Shown here: positions 1 through 10,642 of the stretch, piece by piece
How the letters are laid out: every line of letters begins with the position of its first letter
Numbering within the stretch: the stretch's first letter is position 1
IMG/VR virus record: IMGVR_UViG_3300036466_000576
Length of the DNA: 64,000 nucleotides
DNA from: an uncultured virus (IMG/VR IMGVR_UViG_3300036466_000576)
Taxonomy: Duplodnaviria; Heunggongvirae; Uroviricota; Caudoviricetes
Reading direction: 5' to 3' (one strand)
Made by a program: the position numbers and the translations under genes
Notes under the pieces: generated by a model
Databases searched by the model: none
Told to the model about the DNA's origin: nothing
Seen by the model: only the letters and a program-made list of their open reading frames with translations

Positions 1-414
1 TTTTTTTCCATCTCTATATATTTCTACTACTAAGTAAGAACTTAAAGCATTTACAACAGATATCCCAACCCCATGTAAACCACCAGAAACTTTATATGAA
101 TCATTATCAAATTTACCACCTGCATGAAGAGTGGTCATAACAAGTTCAAGGGCAGACCTTCCATGTTCTTTATGAGTATCTACTGGAATACCTCGCCCCC
201 AATCTTCAACAGATATATAATTATCATTTAGAATACTAACTTTTATTTTATCTCCATTACCAGCCAAAAATTCATCGATACTATTATCAACAACTTCCCA
301 AATCATATGATGAAGACCCCTTGTATCTGTAGAACCAATATACATTCCTGGTCTTTCTCGAACTGGTTCAAGACCTTTTAAAACTTTTATTTGTTCAGCA
401 TTGTAATCAGTCAA
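1..414 (-). CDS. gyrB: Type II topoisomerase B subunit (GyrB/ParE), N-terminal part; runs off window
   Basis: Manual translation from TTG at 414: [28 protein letters not shown]...[37 protein letters not shown] (GHKL motifs); RBS AGGAGG upstream. Confidence 0.93.
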   Translation of the reverse strand, partial: MTDYNAEQIKVLKGLEPVRERPGMYIGSTDTRGLHHMIWEVVDNSIDEFLAGNGDKIKVSILNDNYISVEDWGRGIPVDTHKEHGRSALELVMTTLHAGGKFDNDSYKVSGGLHGVGISVVNALSSYLVVEIYRDGKK

Positions 415-432
415 TATAATTTCCTCCTTATT

Positions 433-663
433 TTAATTTATTATATTATATTTAATTTCATGTATTTTATAGACTATATTTGGAGATACATTCTTATTAA
501 TAAAAGACCAAAAATAAATATTAGCTAATTTAAAAGATTGAAACACATAATCTATCATCCCAATTAAGTCATTGTATTCATTTCTCATAAAGCCAAATAA
601 AACAACAATAAAAACAAAAATAACAAGAACTGTAATTATGAAATTTATAATTTTTTTTATCAT
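433..663 (-). CDS. Small membrane protein, hypothetical
   Basis: 76-aa ORF with hydrophobic N-terminus, RBS AAGGTGG, in operon with gyrB. Confidence 0.6.
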   Translation of the reverse strand: MIKKIINFIITVLVIFVFIVVLFGFMRNEYNDLIGMIDYVFQSFKLANIYFWSFINKNVSPNIVYKIHEIKYNIIN

Positions 664-673
664 TTAACCACCT

Positions 674-1690
674 TTATTTATCATATAAAAAATCAACATA
701 TTTTTTATAAAAAGTCTCTGTCTTTTTATTATAATAAAGTGGGATGTCTAATAAATCGCACAACCTATCTACTGGTTTATGACTTATATGTTGGTACCCA
801 TTAGCTAAAATGAGAACCATATTTCCCATTGCTTCATATATTTCCGCACTAATCAATAGATTTTTATTTAATTTAATAGAATCTTGATATAGTGCCATTC
901 CTGTTATATCTACAATGGTGAAAAAATATTCGTCTCCATTATTATCAAAAATTCCATTTTCATTTTGTGGTCGAGGAACAACTCCAACTGGAATTTCAAA
1001 ATAACCTTCTTTGTTTTTCATTCCATTAATAGTTTCAAAAGTTTTTAAAAGGATCATATAAATACTATAATTTAAATTTTGAAAATAGTTCATTTTTTTC
1101 AAAAATTCATCTTTTGAATACTTATTTTTTTGATTATCTTCCTTGTCTAATTCAGTATAAATGTTTTTTTGATTCAAAACATCTTTTAAATTATTATTTT
1201 CTTTTGCATGATTGAAGTTAAAATTTAATGTTTCTATTTCTTCAGCAGGGATATTTTCTTCAAACTCCAAGATATTTGAAAAACTTTGGTTTTCTGTTTC
1301 ACCTTCTAACATAGAATTGTTATTTTCTTTGTCTTCTATTTTTTCTTCTTTTTCAGATAAAAATATTTTTTTCTTATCTATATTATCCCCTTTTTGTTTT
1401 AACATCTTTTCTACAATTTCAATTGCTCTATATGCTTTTGGAATATTTAAAGACCGATAGAACATTTCATCGGCAAAATAAACATTATCAAGTTGAGATA
1501 ATTTTATAATAGATTTATTTGACCAAAAAGAATTGTTTCTTTTGTTTTTTTTACTAACAGCAATAAAAATTTTTTTATCATCATATATATTTTTAGCTAA
1601 TTCATATATTTTATTTAAATCTAACTTTTCAGTTGAAATTTTATTTTTATCTACAATTTTAATTAGAAATGTTTTTTTCAACTTCTTCAA
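674..1690 (-). CDS. Hypothetical protein
   Basis: 338-aa ORF in same-strand operon. Confidence 0.7.
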   Translation of the reverse strand: MKKLKKTFLIKIVDKNKISTEKLDLNKIYELAKNIYDDKKIFIAVSKKNKRNNSFWSNKSIIKLSQLDNVYFADEMFYRSLNIPKAYRAIEIVEKMLKQKGDNIDKKKIFLSEKEEKIEDKENNNSMLEGETENQSFSNILEFEENIPAEEIETLNFNFNHAKENNNLKDVLNQKNIYTELDKEDNQKNKYSKDEFLKKMNYFQNLNYSIYMILLKTFETINGMKNKEGYFEIPVGVVPRPQNENGIFDNNGDEYFFTIVDITGMALYQDSIKLNKNLLISAEIYEAMGNMVLILANGYQHISHKPVDRLCDLLDIPLYYNKKTETFYKKYVDFLYDK

Positions 1691-2798
1691 CCCCTTTGTC
1701 TTTTTGTTTTTTATTTCTTTCTTCCCGTTGCTCTACAATTTTATTTCTTTGAATGAAAGAAATATTTTCTTTCATTATTATTTGTGAACTTTCAGGTAAT
1801 ACATTAAAAAGAAATTGATCATCAATATAGCTAATAATTCGTTTGACACTATTTTTTAATGTTTTTTCAGTTTCCATAAAAAATTTCTCAGCTGGCTTTT
1901 TACATTTATAACTTACTTCGTCTTTGTGATAACAACACTTATGATCTTTACATTTATTATATTTACAAAAACTCAAAGTTCCCCAATTTTCATATTTTTT
2001 TATGTTATCAACTATTTTTACAGGATGTTTTTCTAAAAAATCATCATGTCCATGTCCCCCACAACTATTTACAAGTCTTTCCACTAAAAAATCACTGTTT
2101 AGAAGCCATTTTTTAGTTTCCCTAAACCCTTCTTTTCGTTCTTCAATTTTAATGTTATTATAAAAACTATCTAATAAATTATATTGAGGCATTATAACAC
2201 CGAAAACATCTTCTTTTTCTACTTCAGTAATAATTCTACCGTTTTCAATATATATAAGATTTTTTTCATTTTTGACAACATTTTGATGTTCAAGTCCAGT
2301 ATATTTAGTTTCTATATATATAGCAGACATTCTTAAAAAAATATCTAAAGAATTTATTTTTAAGCTTAAAGCTCTTTTGTTGTCCTCATAAACAAATAAA
2401 AATCTTCCATCTTTAAACTCAACTTTTTCTATATACATTGGCATTTCAAGATTAAAAAAATAAAATTCTTTCAAATCTTTAATAAATGAAACCAAAAATT
2501 TTTCTATTTCTTTAGTATCTGTTATTTTAAAATTTTTTAAAAAATACTTAAATTTATTGTTTTTATTTATTGGATTAATTAAACTTTTTTCATGTTCTAT
2601 TTTAGTCTTACTATTACTAATTGCATTTTTTAATGCTCTCCTATAAAATGGAAAAGGTGAACCCAAAATCATAAGTAAATATTTTTCTAAACTAAAATTT
2701 TCTACCTTAGCGTAATCTTCTGCTTTATTAATTTCTTCTAATTTTTCTATTTTTTCATCTAAAACCTTATAAAAGGGATGTACATTTTTATATTTCAC
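1659..2798 (-). CDS. Hypothetical protein with Cys/His cluster
   Basis: 379-aa ORF, RBS AAGGAGG, C-terminal C..C..H.CC.H....C. Confidence 0.7.
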   Translation of the reverse strand: MKYKNVHPFYKVLDEKIEKLEEINKAEDYAKVENFSLEKYLLMILGSPFPFYRRALKNAISNSKTKIEHEKSLINPINKNNKFKYFLKNFKITDTKEIEKFLVSFIKDLKEFYFFNLEMPMYIEKVEFKDGRFLFVYEDNKRALSLKINSLDIFLRMSAIYIETKYTGLEHQNVVKNEKNLIYIENGRIITEVEKEDVFGVIMPQYNLLDSFYNNIKIEERKEGFRETKKWLLNSDFLVERLVNSCGGHGHDDFLEKHPVKIVDNIKKYENWGTLSFCKYNKCKDHKCCYHKDEVSYKCKKPAEKFFMETEKTLKNSVKRIISYIDDQFLFNVLPESSQIIMKENISFIQRNKIVEQREERNKKQKDKGVEEVEKNISN

Positions 2799-2858
2799 AA
2801 AAATTCCTCCTTAAAAGAATATAATATTATTTTACCATTATTAACCAATAAAGTCAAT

Positions 2859-3350
2859 TTAAACAACCATTTCTTTATAGTTGTTACTGTTTGCAGCACA
2901 AATTGCAGTAGCTAAAGCATCTGCGGTGTCATCTGGCTTAGGAATTTCAGATAAAGACAATAAACTTTTAACCATTTTTTGTACCTGACTTTTTTCAGCC
3001 CTTCCATAACCAGTTACTCCCTGCTTAATTTGAATCGGGGTAAATTCTCTAATAATTAAATCATGTTTATGTGCAACAAGAAGCATAATTCCTCTTGCCT
3101 GGGCTACTTCAATGGCGGTTTTTACATTATTATTAAAAAATAACTTTTCAATAGAAAAAATATCAATACTAAAATCATCTAAAATTTGATTTAAAACTTC
3201 TTCTATATCGAAATATCTTTCAAGTAAGGTTTTTTTTGGTGATGTTTCTATACAACCATATTCTAAAGCCTCAAATCTATTCCCTTTTTTCTCAATAATA
3301 CCATATCCTGTACGATGATACCCAGGGTCGATTCCTATAATTATTGACAA
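2859..3350 (-). CDS. ruvC: Holliday junction resolvase RuvC
   Basis: IIGIDPG..TGYG, IEKLFF, VAQARG, PDDTADALA motifs; probable TTG start at 3350 after AAAGGTG. Confidence 0.95.
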   Translation of the reverse strand: MSIIIGIDPGYHRTGYGIIEKKGNRFEALEYGCIETSPKKTLLERYFDIEEVLNQILDDFSIDIFSIEKLFFNNNVKTAIEVAQARGIMLLVAHKHDLIIREFTPIQIKQGVTGYGRAEKSQVQKMVKSLLSLSEIPKPDDTADALATAICAANSNNYKEMVV

Positions 3351-3430
3351 TTTATTCACACCTTTCTTTTTTTGACAAAATTTGGAATTTATAATAAAAT
3401 TAAAATATCTTTTGATTAAGGAGGTTATCA

Positions 3431-3682
3431 ATGTCTAAAAAAGGAATAATTAGAAATCTTGACAACCTCGGCAGATTAGTAATACCTAAAGAAATTAGAA
3501 AATCTCACAATCTCAACAAAAACAAACCCGTACTAATAAAAATTAAAGAAAATCATATAGAAATTTCACATTATAATACTGGTTGCGTGTTTTGTGGTAG
3601 TGGTATTGAAGAAAATTTAAAAACTTTTAACGACCAATATTTATGCCGTAATTGTCTAGAAAAGTTACAAAAATTAAACTAG
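3431..3682 (+). CDS. AbrB/SpoVT-family regulator with C-terminal CxxC..CxxC
   Basis: GIIRNLDNLGRLVIPKEIR; CVFCG...CRNC. Confidence 0.9.
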   Translation: MSKKGIIRNLDNLGRLVIPKEIRKSHNLNKNKPVLIKIKENHIEISHYNTGCVFCGSGIEENLKTFNDQYLCRNCLEKLQKLN

Positions 3683-3709
3683 ATAAAACCCCTAGATAGG
3701 GGTTTTATC
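3682..3709. terminator. Bidirectional intrinsic terminator
   Basis: GATAAAACCCCTA-GA-TAGGGGTTTTATC between convergent genes. Confidence 0.8.
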
Positions 3710-3711
3710 AT

Positions 3712-5859
3712 TTACATAGCTACTTTTTCCCCTTTATATTTATCAATTAACTCTGAAATAAGTTGTTTCTCAAATTGACTTTTAACAACTTCATCATTTT
3801 TGTTTTTACCATCAATTATTTTATCAAATATTTTTTGTTTTTCTTCTATTAAATGATATATTCTATCATCAATAGTTTTTTCTGCTAAAAGATACCAGGC
3901 TGTAACGGGCAAATTCTGTCCTATTCTATGACTTCTATCCTCAGCTTGTCTTAGATCTCCTGGTGTCCATCCAAGCTCTACAAAGGCAACATTATTAGCA
4001 GCGGTGAGAGTTAAGCCAACCCCAGCAGCTTTAATATTCCCTAAAAACAATTTTATATTATCGTCATTTTGAAAACTTTCAACTGCTTGATCCTTTTTCT
4101 TAGCACTATCTCCACCTATTACACGAACAGAAATATCCTTATATCTTTTTTCTAATGTTTTAATTACTTCTCTATGATGTGCAAACAGTATTAATTTGAC
4201 ATCATTTTCTACAGCGTTATCAATCCATTGATAAATGCTTTTTAGTTTGCCTTCCACGACAAGCTGTCTTAAATAATTAATTTTTACAAGTGTTTCATTA
4301 TATTTAGCCCTTTTAGCTTTTTCTGGACTAATCTCATATAGCCAATTAATAAAATCATTTTCAGCACGCTGATATTCTGCTTTGTTGTCTAAATCAAAAT
4401 ACACAATTTCTCTTCTCTTTTTTGGCAACTCTTTTAAAACATTTTCCTTTTTTCTTCTAATCATCATTTCATTTAATAATTTTTGGTGTAATAATTTTGT
4501 GTTGCTCACGCCAGTAAAATCCCACCCATACGCTGTTTTTTTAGCATCACAAAATTTATTGGCAAACCAAAAGAAATTATTATACAGATCTGGTCTCAAA
4601 AAATTTAAAATAGAAAAAAGTTCTTTAGGTCTGTTAAGCATAGGAGTTCCTGTAATTGCAATTCTTTTATCTATTCCTTTTTTTAACTCATGAACAGCTT
4701 TTGAACGATCTGTTTTTGGATTTTTAATAGTATGTGCTTCATCAATTGCCATAATCTTAAAATCCATTTTTTTAAGCTGATTCTTTCTAAAAGAAAGAAT
4801 ATCATAATTGCAAATATAAATGTCTGCTTCAGGTAATTCGACTTCGCTTTGACCATTCATTATATGAACTGTTTCTTCCCCCATTAACCATTTTTCTATT
4901 TCTTTTTTCCAGTTTATTTTCAAATTAGCTGGTGGAACAATTAAGGCTGGTCTTTTTTCGGGGTGAATCTTTAAATATCCAATTGTCTGAACAGTTTTAC
5001 CCAACCCCATTTCATCAGCCAGCAATGTTCTTCCATTAAATCTTTTATCTATCAGCTCTACACCTGCTTTTTGGTAGGGGAATAAATCAAATGCTAAACC
5101 TTCAACTTTAAAATCACTTTCTTTCTTAGAACTTAAAGATAAAATTTTAGATGCTTTAACATATATCTCTTTAATGTCTTGCTCATAAAGAACTAAATTA
5201 AACCTATTTTTCATTTCTATATCTTTATCAGAATCAGGCTTTTGAGGAAAAAGAATATTTATTTTTTTTATGATATATGGTAACAATGGAGCTTCCCAGT
5301 ATTTTTGACCATTATCCCCGCTATTAAATTTAACTTCTTCTAATAATTTAATTTTTTCTTTTATAACTTTATCATAATTAAAGTAGAAAAGTATTTTATT
5401 TTTTTCTAAATTAAAATCAATAATCAATTTTTCTACTGCATTAATCGAATCATCAATTTTAGATTGTCTAAAACCATAAGATAAAACACTTTTTTTATTT
5501 ATTCTTTTAGTTTTAATATTTGATTTTGGAAGCCAAATTGTATCTGTTTTTTTTCTATAAAGCCATTGTTGCATTTTTTTATAAAAATTTTTTTCTCCAC
5601 TATAATAATTTTCTTTAGGTATTTTAGATATCTCTTCTAAACAAGATAAATGATATCCCAATTCCCTACCTAAAGAGTTTTTAATTTCTTTATTACATTT
5701 ATGACAATAAGAGGCTGGTTTCAATTTAGAAAATACTTTAAAAAGTATTGCTTTACCAGAATCTCTGATTGCTTTTCCGTATAATTTACAAGGAATTTCT
5801 TTCTTTTTAGCTAACCATTCTTCTATTTTAATTTCATAAAATTTATCATCTTTATTCAA
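3712..5859 (-). CDS. SNF2/SMARCAL1(HARP)-like helicase
   Basis: LLADEMGLGKT, DEAH, TGTP, QAEDRSHRIGQ. Confidence 0.93.
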   Translation of the reverse strand: MNKDDKFYEIKIEEWLAKKKEIPCKLYGKAIRDSGKAILFKVFSKLKPASYCHKCNKEIKNSLGRELGYHLSCLEEISKIPKENYYSGEKNFYKKMQQWLYRKKTDTIWLPKSNIKTKRINKKSVLSYGFRQSKIDDSINAVEKLIIDFNLEKNKILFYFNYDKVIKEKIKLLEEVKFNSGDNGQKYWEAPLLPYIIKKINILFPQKPDSDKDIEMKNRFNLVLYEQDIKEIYVKASKILSLSSKKESDFKVEGLAFDLFPYQKAGVELIDKRFNGRTLLADEMGLGKTVQTIGYLKIHPEKRPALIVPPANLKINWKKEIEKWLMGEETVHIMNGQSEVELPEADIYICNYDILSFRKNQLKKMDFKIMAIDEAHTIKNPKTDRSKAVHELKKGIDKRIAITGTPMLNRPKELFSILNFLRPDLYNNFFWFANKFCDAKKTAYGWDFTGVSNTKLLHQKLLNEMMIRRKKENVLKELPKKRREIVYFDLDNKAEYQRAENDFINWLYEISPEKAKRAKYNETLVKINYLRQLVVEGKLKSIYQWIDNAVENDVKLILFAHHREVIKTLEKRYKDISVRVIGGDSAKKKDQAVESFQNDDNIKLFLGNIKAAGVGLTLTAANNVAFVELGWTPGDLRQAEDRSHRIGQNLPVTAWYLLAEKTIDDRIYHLIEEKQKIFDKIIDGKNKNDEVVKSQFEKQLISELIDKYKGEKVAM

Positions 5860-5999
5860 TTCAGCACCTCCTATTTATGTCTTGACATAATTATATCATA
5901 CTTTAAAAACATTATCAATAAAATGATATATTTGATTAAATTATATTTATTGATAATTATTTACAATTATGCTATAATTATTATATAATAAAAGAGAGG

Positions 6000-6629
6000 A
6001 TGAGTAAAGTGATTATAGGATTTGATATAGATGGAATTTTAACAGAATGTGGTTGCGAATTAAATTACGACGATAAAAATAAAAATGTTTGGAAACATTT
6101 TTTTGAAAATTATTTAAATCGAGAAATAATTAGAACAGGAAATTCTTATGATTTTTCTAAAGCGTATAATCTTTCAAAAAAAGAAATGATAGATTTTTTC
6201 GAAAATGAAATGATAAATATTATTCCCAAGTTCAAAGTGAATCGGAATATAAAAACAATAATTGATACTATTTATTACAACAATATTCCAGATAATATAT
6301 ATATTATAACAGCTAGAGACAACAATAAAGAAATTATAAATGCAACAAAAGAATGGTTAAAAATCAATAATATTAAATATAATAAAATATTCTTTACTAA
6401 AAATAAAGGAAAGTTAGCAGAAAAACTAGGAATAGATTTCTTTTTTGAAGATAATATTGACCATGCAAGAGATTTAAAAGAACATAATATAAAAGTTTTT
6501 ATGTTAGGAAAATATCATAATCAACCAGAAAACCATATAAACCACCCAGCTTATAAATTCAGTAACAATAGAGAAAAATTAATGAACTCTTTTTTTAATA
6601 TTTATATGTTTAGAAAATTATACTTTTAA
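6000..6629 (+). CDS. HAD-superfamily 5'(3')-deoxyribonucleotidase-like protein
   Basis: IGFDIDGIL, IITAR, FFEDN motifs. Confidence 0.85.
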   Translation: MSKVIIGFDIDGILTECGCELNYDDKNKNVWKHFFENYLNREIIRTGNSYDFSKAYNLSKKEMIDFFENEMINIIPKFKVNRNIKTIIDTIYYNNIPDNIYIITARDNNKEIINATKEWLKINNIKYNKIFFTKNKGKLAEKLGIDFFFEDNIDHARDLKEHNIKVFMLGKYHNQPENHINHPAYKFSNNREKLMNSFFNIYMFRKLYF

Positions 6630-6643
6630 AAAGGAGGATTATT

Positions 6644-7636
6644 ATGAAAAAAAATATTTTGATTTTAGTTGTTATTTCGTTACTATTCATTAGTCTTAGT
6701 GTATCAGCACAAAGTTCATTACTATTTGATAAAGAGCAGTTTCAAAGCAAGTTTAATCAACAAACCCCAGGTCTTAATACTGAATTCCAGAATGATTTTC
6801 AACAAACTATACAAAATAAAAAACAACAGGCTCTAAAAAGTTCACAACAAATACCTGATATGTCAATAGGTAGAGGATTTACTCAAGGGTTAGAAGCTCC
6901 TGGTATGGACAGAGTAAATGGAAGTATGTTTAACGGTTTTCACTTTAGAGAAAAAAACATAACTCCAGACAAGTTTAAAAAAGATTTCTCTTCTACATTT
7001 GTTAATCAACAACAACAGAATATACAGTATGGACAAAATGGGATGAGTAAAGCTCAAAATTTTGATAACTCCATACCTAAAAGTGAACTACAAAATCAAT
7101 TTAGCGATCTTAAAAATAACAACAATAATGCATTTGGTAATTTTAAAAATGATAACTCAAGAGATATGAAAGAAGGTTTAGATGAATTTAAAAATAATTT
7201 TGCAAATTTCCAGGATAAAAGAAACTCTGATATGAAAAGTATCCAGGAAAAATATGATAAAAATTATAATTTAAACAAAACGGAAATTGATAAACCAGGT
7301 AGATTTGAAAACCCTAACTTTGAAAATGCTCCTACTATTGATTATTCTAAAAATTCGGGCAATCCCTATGTAGGTGGAGGAAGTAGAAGCTCAAAAGTTG
7401 AAATTGGAAAAACACCAGATAGCCCTTTATATGATTTTACTAAAAGTATAGGGAATAAGGCAGATGACCTTACATCTGGACTGTTTGGATATTTTGGCTG
7501 GAATAAAAATACAAATCCTGGACAAACACAACCAACAATAAAAGATGCAACAAAAAATCAAATATCACAACAATTTCCCAGGCTATACAAACGACTTGAT
7601 ACTGGTGTCAATAAAATAAAAAATAAAATAGATTAA
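6644..7636 (+). CDS. Secreted Q/N-rich hypothetical protein
   Basis: Signal peptide ending VSA, RBS AAGGAGG, terminator hairpin at ~7639-7674. Confidence 0.75.
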   Translation: MKKNILILVVISLLFISLSVSAQSSLLFDKEQFQSKFNQQTPGLNTEFQNDFQQTIQNKKQQALKSSQQIPDMSIGRGFTQGLEAPGMDRVNGSMFNGFHFREKNITPDKFKKDFSSTFVNQQQQNIQYGQNGMSKAQNFDNSIPKSELQNQFSDLKNNNNNAFGNFKNDNSRDMKEGLDEFKNNFANFQDKRNSDMKSIQEKYDKNYNLNKTEIDKPGRFENPNFENAPTIDYSKNSGNPYVGGGSRSSKVEIGKTPDSPLYDFTKSIGNKADDLTSGLFGYFGWNKNTNPGQTQPTIKDATKNQISQQFPRLYKRLDTGVNKIKNKID

Positions 7637-7825
7637 TTAAAACAAACCCCTGTTTTTACAGGGGTTTGTTTTTTTACAAATACATCAATATATTAGATTT
7701 TATTTTTTCTATCTTATTTTCAATTTCTTTAGCAGATTTTTTAGACTGAACAATTTTTTTAATTTTTTCTCTTTTCAAGAGCTTCTCCCCCTTAAATTTG
7801 AAGAATCTACTCTCTACTTTCTACT

Positions 7826-8446
7826 TTAAAAAACCGAAACTAAAAATACACTCAACATTATATAAGGTCCAAAAGCAAGTGTATTATCCTTACCTTCTCT
7901 TATTATTAATAACTCAAAAACATAAAACCCTATAGCTATAAGTGAAGAAGCCATAACTATATAAAACATCTCAAAAATACTAAAAAATAAACCTAATACA
8001 AAAAATAATTTTATATCTCCCATTCCCATGGAACTAGGGATTAATATCGCCATAATTAAAAAAGATAATGAAGGAATTATACCCCACAATAAGTGAACAG
8101 ATAAACCATTATTTAAATAATGATATAAAGGAGCTATTATTAATAATGCTAATATAAGTTCATTTGGAATAATTCTTTCTAAAAAATCAACATAAAAAAT
8201 AACAAGTGCTGCTGAAAATAAAATATAGAAAATATACCACTGTTCTCCATACAAATAAACACTTAAATATAAAACAAAAATAGAATATAATTTTATAAAC
8301 CAATAATCTTTAGTTCTAATTGATAGATCAATTAAAGGAGTGTTGTTCTCTCCATTCAAAAGTTCTTTTAAATAATAATAAAGGATATCTCCGTTTATTA
8401 AAGCTATAATAATTAATAAAATAATATTAGGTAGTGATTGCGGCAT
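7826..8446 (-). CDS. Prepilin peptidase (A24)
   Basis: VDFLERIIPN, MGMGDIKL, LAFGPYI; multi-TM. Confidence 0.9.
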   Translation of the reverse strand: MPQSLPNIILLIIIALINGDILYYYLKELLNGENNTPLIDLSIRTKDYWFIKLYSIFVLYLSVYLYGEQWYIFYILFSAALVIFYVDFLERIIPNELILALLIIAPLYHYLNNGLSVHLLWGIIPSLSFLIMAILIPSSMGMGDIKLFFVLGLFFSIFEMFYIVMASSLIAIGFYVFELLIIREGKDNTLAFGPYIMLSVFLVSVF

Positions 8447-8566
8447 TTATATTATCATTCCCTTCTTTTATAAATTATACCATTGATGTCAAAAAAAAGC
8501 AATACTTAGTTAAAAATATTGCTTAATTTACTAATATATTTTTATTATTAATTTTTTTTAAAATAA

Positions 8567-8774
8567 AAAAAACAACCCCTTTTTTGAAGCTTCCGTTGCT
8601 CCAGGGGTTGTTTCCAAAAAATTAGGCATTTTATTATTTTTTGAATCCCGTTCTATATATGACATATATAAGATATTTGTGGGAGACAAGGCCCACTATT
8701 AACTTAAAGGAATTCCAACCTTTAAGACAAAGGAGAGATTCAAATAACATTTATAAAGTTTTATTTAACTTTAT
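8567..8774 (-). ncRNA. Putative stand-alone structured sRNA
   Basis: Perfect promoter at 8781-8809, no ORF, multi-hairpin core 8640-8743, terminator hairpin 8570-8613 followed by U-run. Confidence 0.55.
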
Positions 8775-8780
8775 AAATAG

Positions 8781-8809
8781 ATTATAGCATCCATTTTTTT
8801 CAATGTCAA
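8781..8809 (-). promoter_or_regulatory. Consensus sigma70/sigmaA promoter
   Basis: TTGACA-17 nt-TATAAT with extended TG. Confidence 0.8.
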
Positions 8810-8957
8810 GACATTTGTTGGAAGTATATAATAAAATTTAATGTCATAGCGAAAAATACAGTTATAATAACTATCATGCTGTCTTTATATTCTTTATTTT
8901 CCCACATATCTAGACTTTTACTTATCAAATGATATGCTAACAGATGAAATATAAACA

Positions 8958-10487
8958 TTAAACTTTAATCTTTTCATATCTTTTAGATTCTAAAATCTCA
9001 AGCATTAGCCTATAAGGATTAACTTCCTTATTTTTTAAAATATATTCAAAAACCGATGGAGAAAAACCTGAAATTAAAGCAGCATTTTCAGTATCTTTAG
9101 TTACAGGGAAATTATTTTGTCGTGAATCTACATTCCAAAAATACAACTTAGGAAGTTTATAAAAATATTCTTTATATTTTTTCCTTAACTTTTCAAACAA
9201 AACATCTTTTGAATTGTTTTTCATTGCCCTGTCAAACTCCATATCACTAATAATAAATAGCTTATCAGGCATTTCTGATTGAAGAACATTATTTTTTACT
9301 GCTTTATCTAAAATTAAATCAAAAACAGCTTCTATATTTGTATTGTTATTCCAATCACTTCTCTCCATATTAAAAACCTTATCATAAAGTGTGCTTCCTG
9401 TGATTTTAACCATTTCTGGTTTATTACTAAAAGTAATGAAATGATCTTTATAAGGTTCTTTTGCTCTTTCAGCAAAATACATTCCAAGAGATACTGCAAC
9501 CTGCATTGGCAATCCTTCCATTGAATCAGAAACATCAACCACACAGAGATTATTTATATTTTCTTTATCATCTATATAGTTATTAAGTGCTTTCCATTGT
9601 TCTTCCAATGTTTTGATTTTAACCATATTTTCTTTTTTATTTTTTTCTATTTTTTCTTTTTTAATATCTCCAAAAATATAATCAAAAGTATAAGCTTCCT
9701 CAATAATATTTTCAATTTCTCTAATTATTTCATATGGATATAAACTACCTGCATTAATAGTTTTTTCTCCATTTTCCAATTGTTTTTGGAATTTTTCATA
9801 ACCCTCTTTATCATGCCTATAAAAAGCATTAATATATTTCATTGTTGCCTTTGAAGGTACTTTGTCATATTCTATTTCTCGCCAATTATTGTTAGACATT
9901 TTTCTTTCTACAATATTTATTCTTCTTCTCAATAAAGATAAAACTTTTCTGTATTTTCTTTTTGTCCAACCAAAATGACCAATAGTTTTTAGAGCCAACC
10001 TTTTTGTTTCTTCAGAACTAGCATTCTCAGATTTCATCCATTTTGCACATAAACTCGGGTCTTCTATTTTTAAATCTTTTTCGAGTTGGTTTTTTAAATA
10101 AAGAGCCACTTCCTTTTCAAGTGGAGTATTAAATAGAGCATAATAGTCATCATATCTACCGTAAAAACTGATTAAATTTAAGTTCTTTTCTATATAGTCA
10201 GGATATCTATATGCTAACTCGCTTAAAATAGCCCTAAAAGCCCTTCTTTCTCCTTGACCACCCCTTATGTCCCTTAAATAAAACAAAGCTTTTAATGCTA
10301 GTTCTTTGTTCTCTAGGAAGGCTTTATCAAATAAAGAATATATTTCTTTTTTATTGGATTTTCTCATTGCAGAACTTCTGACAAAAAAGTTTAACAAATC
10401 AGAACCAGTATCTTTATAATTGTTGGCTCCATTTTCAGTTTTACCTTTAACCTTCACATTTTTTAAAGCGGTACTAAGATTATTCAT
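8958..10487 (-). CDS. DUF2828-type Ro60/TROVE-like protein with C-terminal vWA domain
   Basis: TENGA, LFYLRDIRGGQGERRAF, YGRYDD, AKWMKSE, vWA MIDAS VVDVSDSM, NTN, IISDMEFD, FWNV; probable start 10487 (ORF track 10514). Confidence 0.85.
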   Translation of the reverse strand: MNNLSTALKNVKVKGKTENGANNYKDTGSDLLNFFVRSSAMRKSNKKEIYSLFDKAFLENKELALKALFYLRDIRGGQGERRAFRAILSELAYRYPDYIEKNLNLISFYGRYDDYYALFNTPLEKEVALYLKNQLEKDLKIEDPSLCAKWMKSENASSEETKRLALKTIGHFGWTKRKYRKVLSLLRRRINIVERKMSNNNWREIEYDKVPSKATMKYINAFYRHDKEGYEKFQKQLENGEKTINAGSLYPYEIIREIENIIEEAYTFDYIFGDIKKEKIEKNKKENMVKIKTLEEQWKALNNYIDDKENINNLCVVDVSDSMEGLPMQVAVSLGMYFAERAKEPYKDHFITFSNKPEMVKITGSTLYDKVFNMERSDWNNNTNIEAVFDLILDKAVKNNVLQSEMPDKLFIISDMEFDRAMKNNSKDVLFEKLRKKYKEYFYKLPKLYFWNVDSRQNNFPVTKDTENAALISGFSPSVFEYILKNKEVNPYRLMLEILESKRYEKIKV

Positions 10488-10578
10488 TACTCCACTCTCC
10501 TTTGTTTTTACCATTTATAACAAATTTTTATATTCAACAAAAAAATAAACTTGATTAGTATAAAATTACATAAAAAAC

Positions 10579-10637
10579 TAGGCACTTTTTGGTCAATTTT
10601 CCAGATTGATTACTTGAATAATTGCTGTAAGTGCCTA
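10579..10637 (-). ncRNA. ACAGCAA hairpin RNA A with anticodon-like stem-loop (GGA)
   Basis: TAGGCACTT-ACAGCAA...TCAAT CTGGAAA ATTGA...AAGTGCCTA. Confidence 0.65.
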
Positions 10638-10642
10638 AAAAC

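Noticed and set aside
8808..8885. Possible third ACAGCA hairpin downstream of the DUF2828 gene
   Set aside because: Only a 6-bp AAGACA/TGTCTT stem, the motif overlaps the stem and no anticodon-like loop is evident
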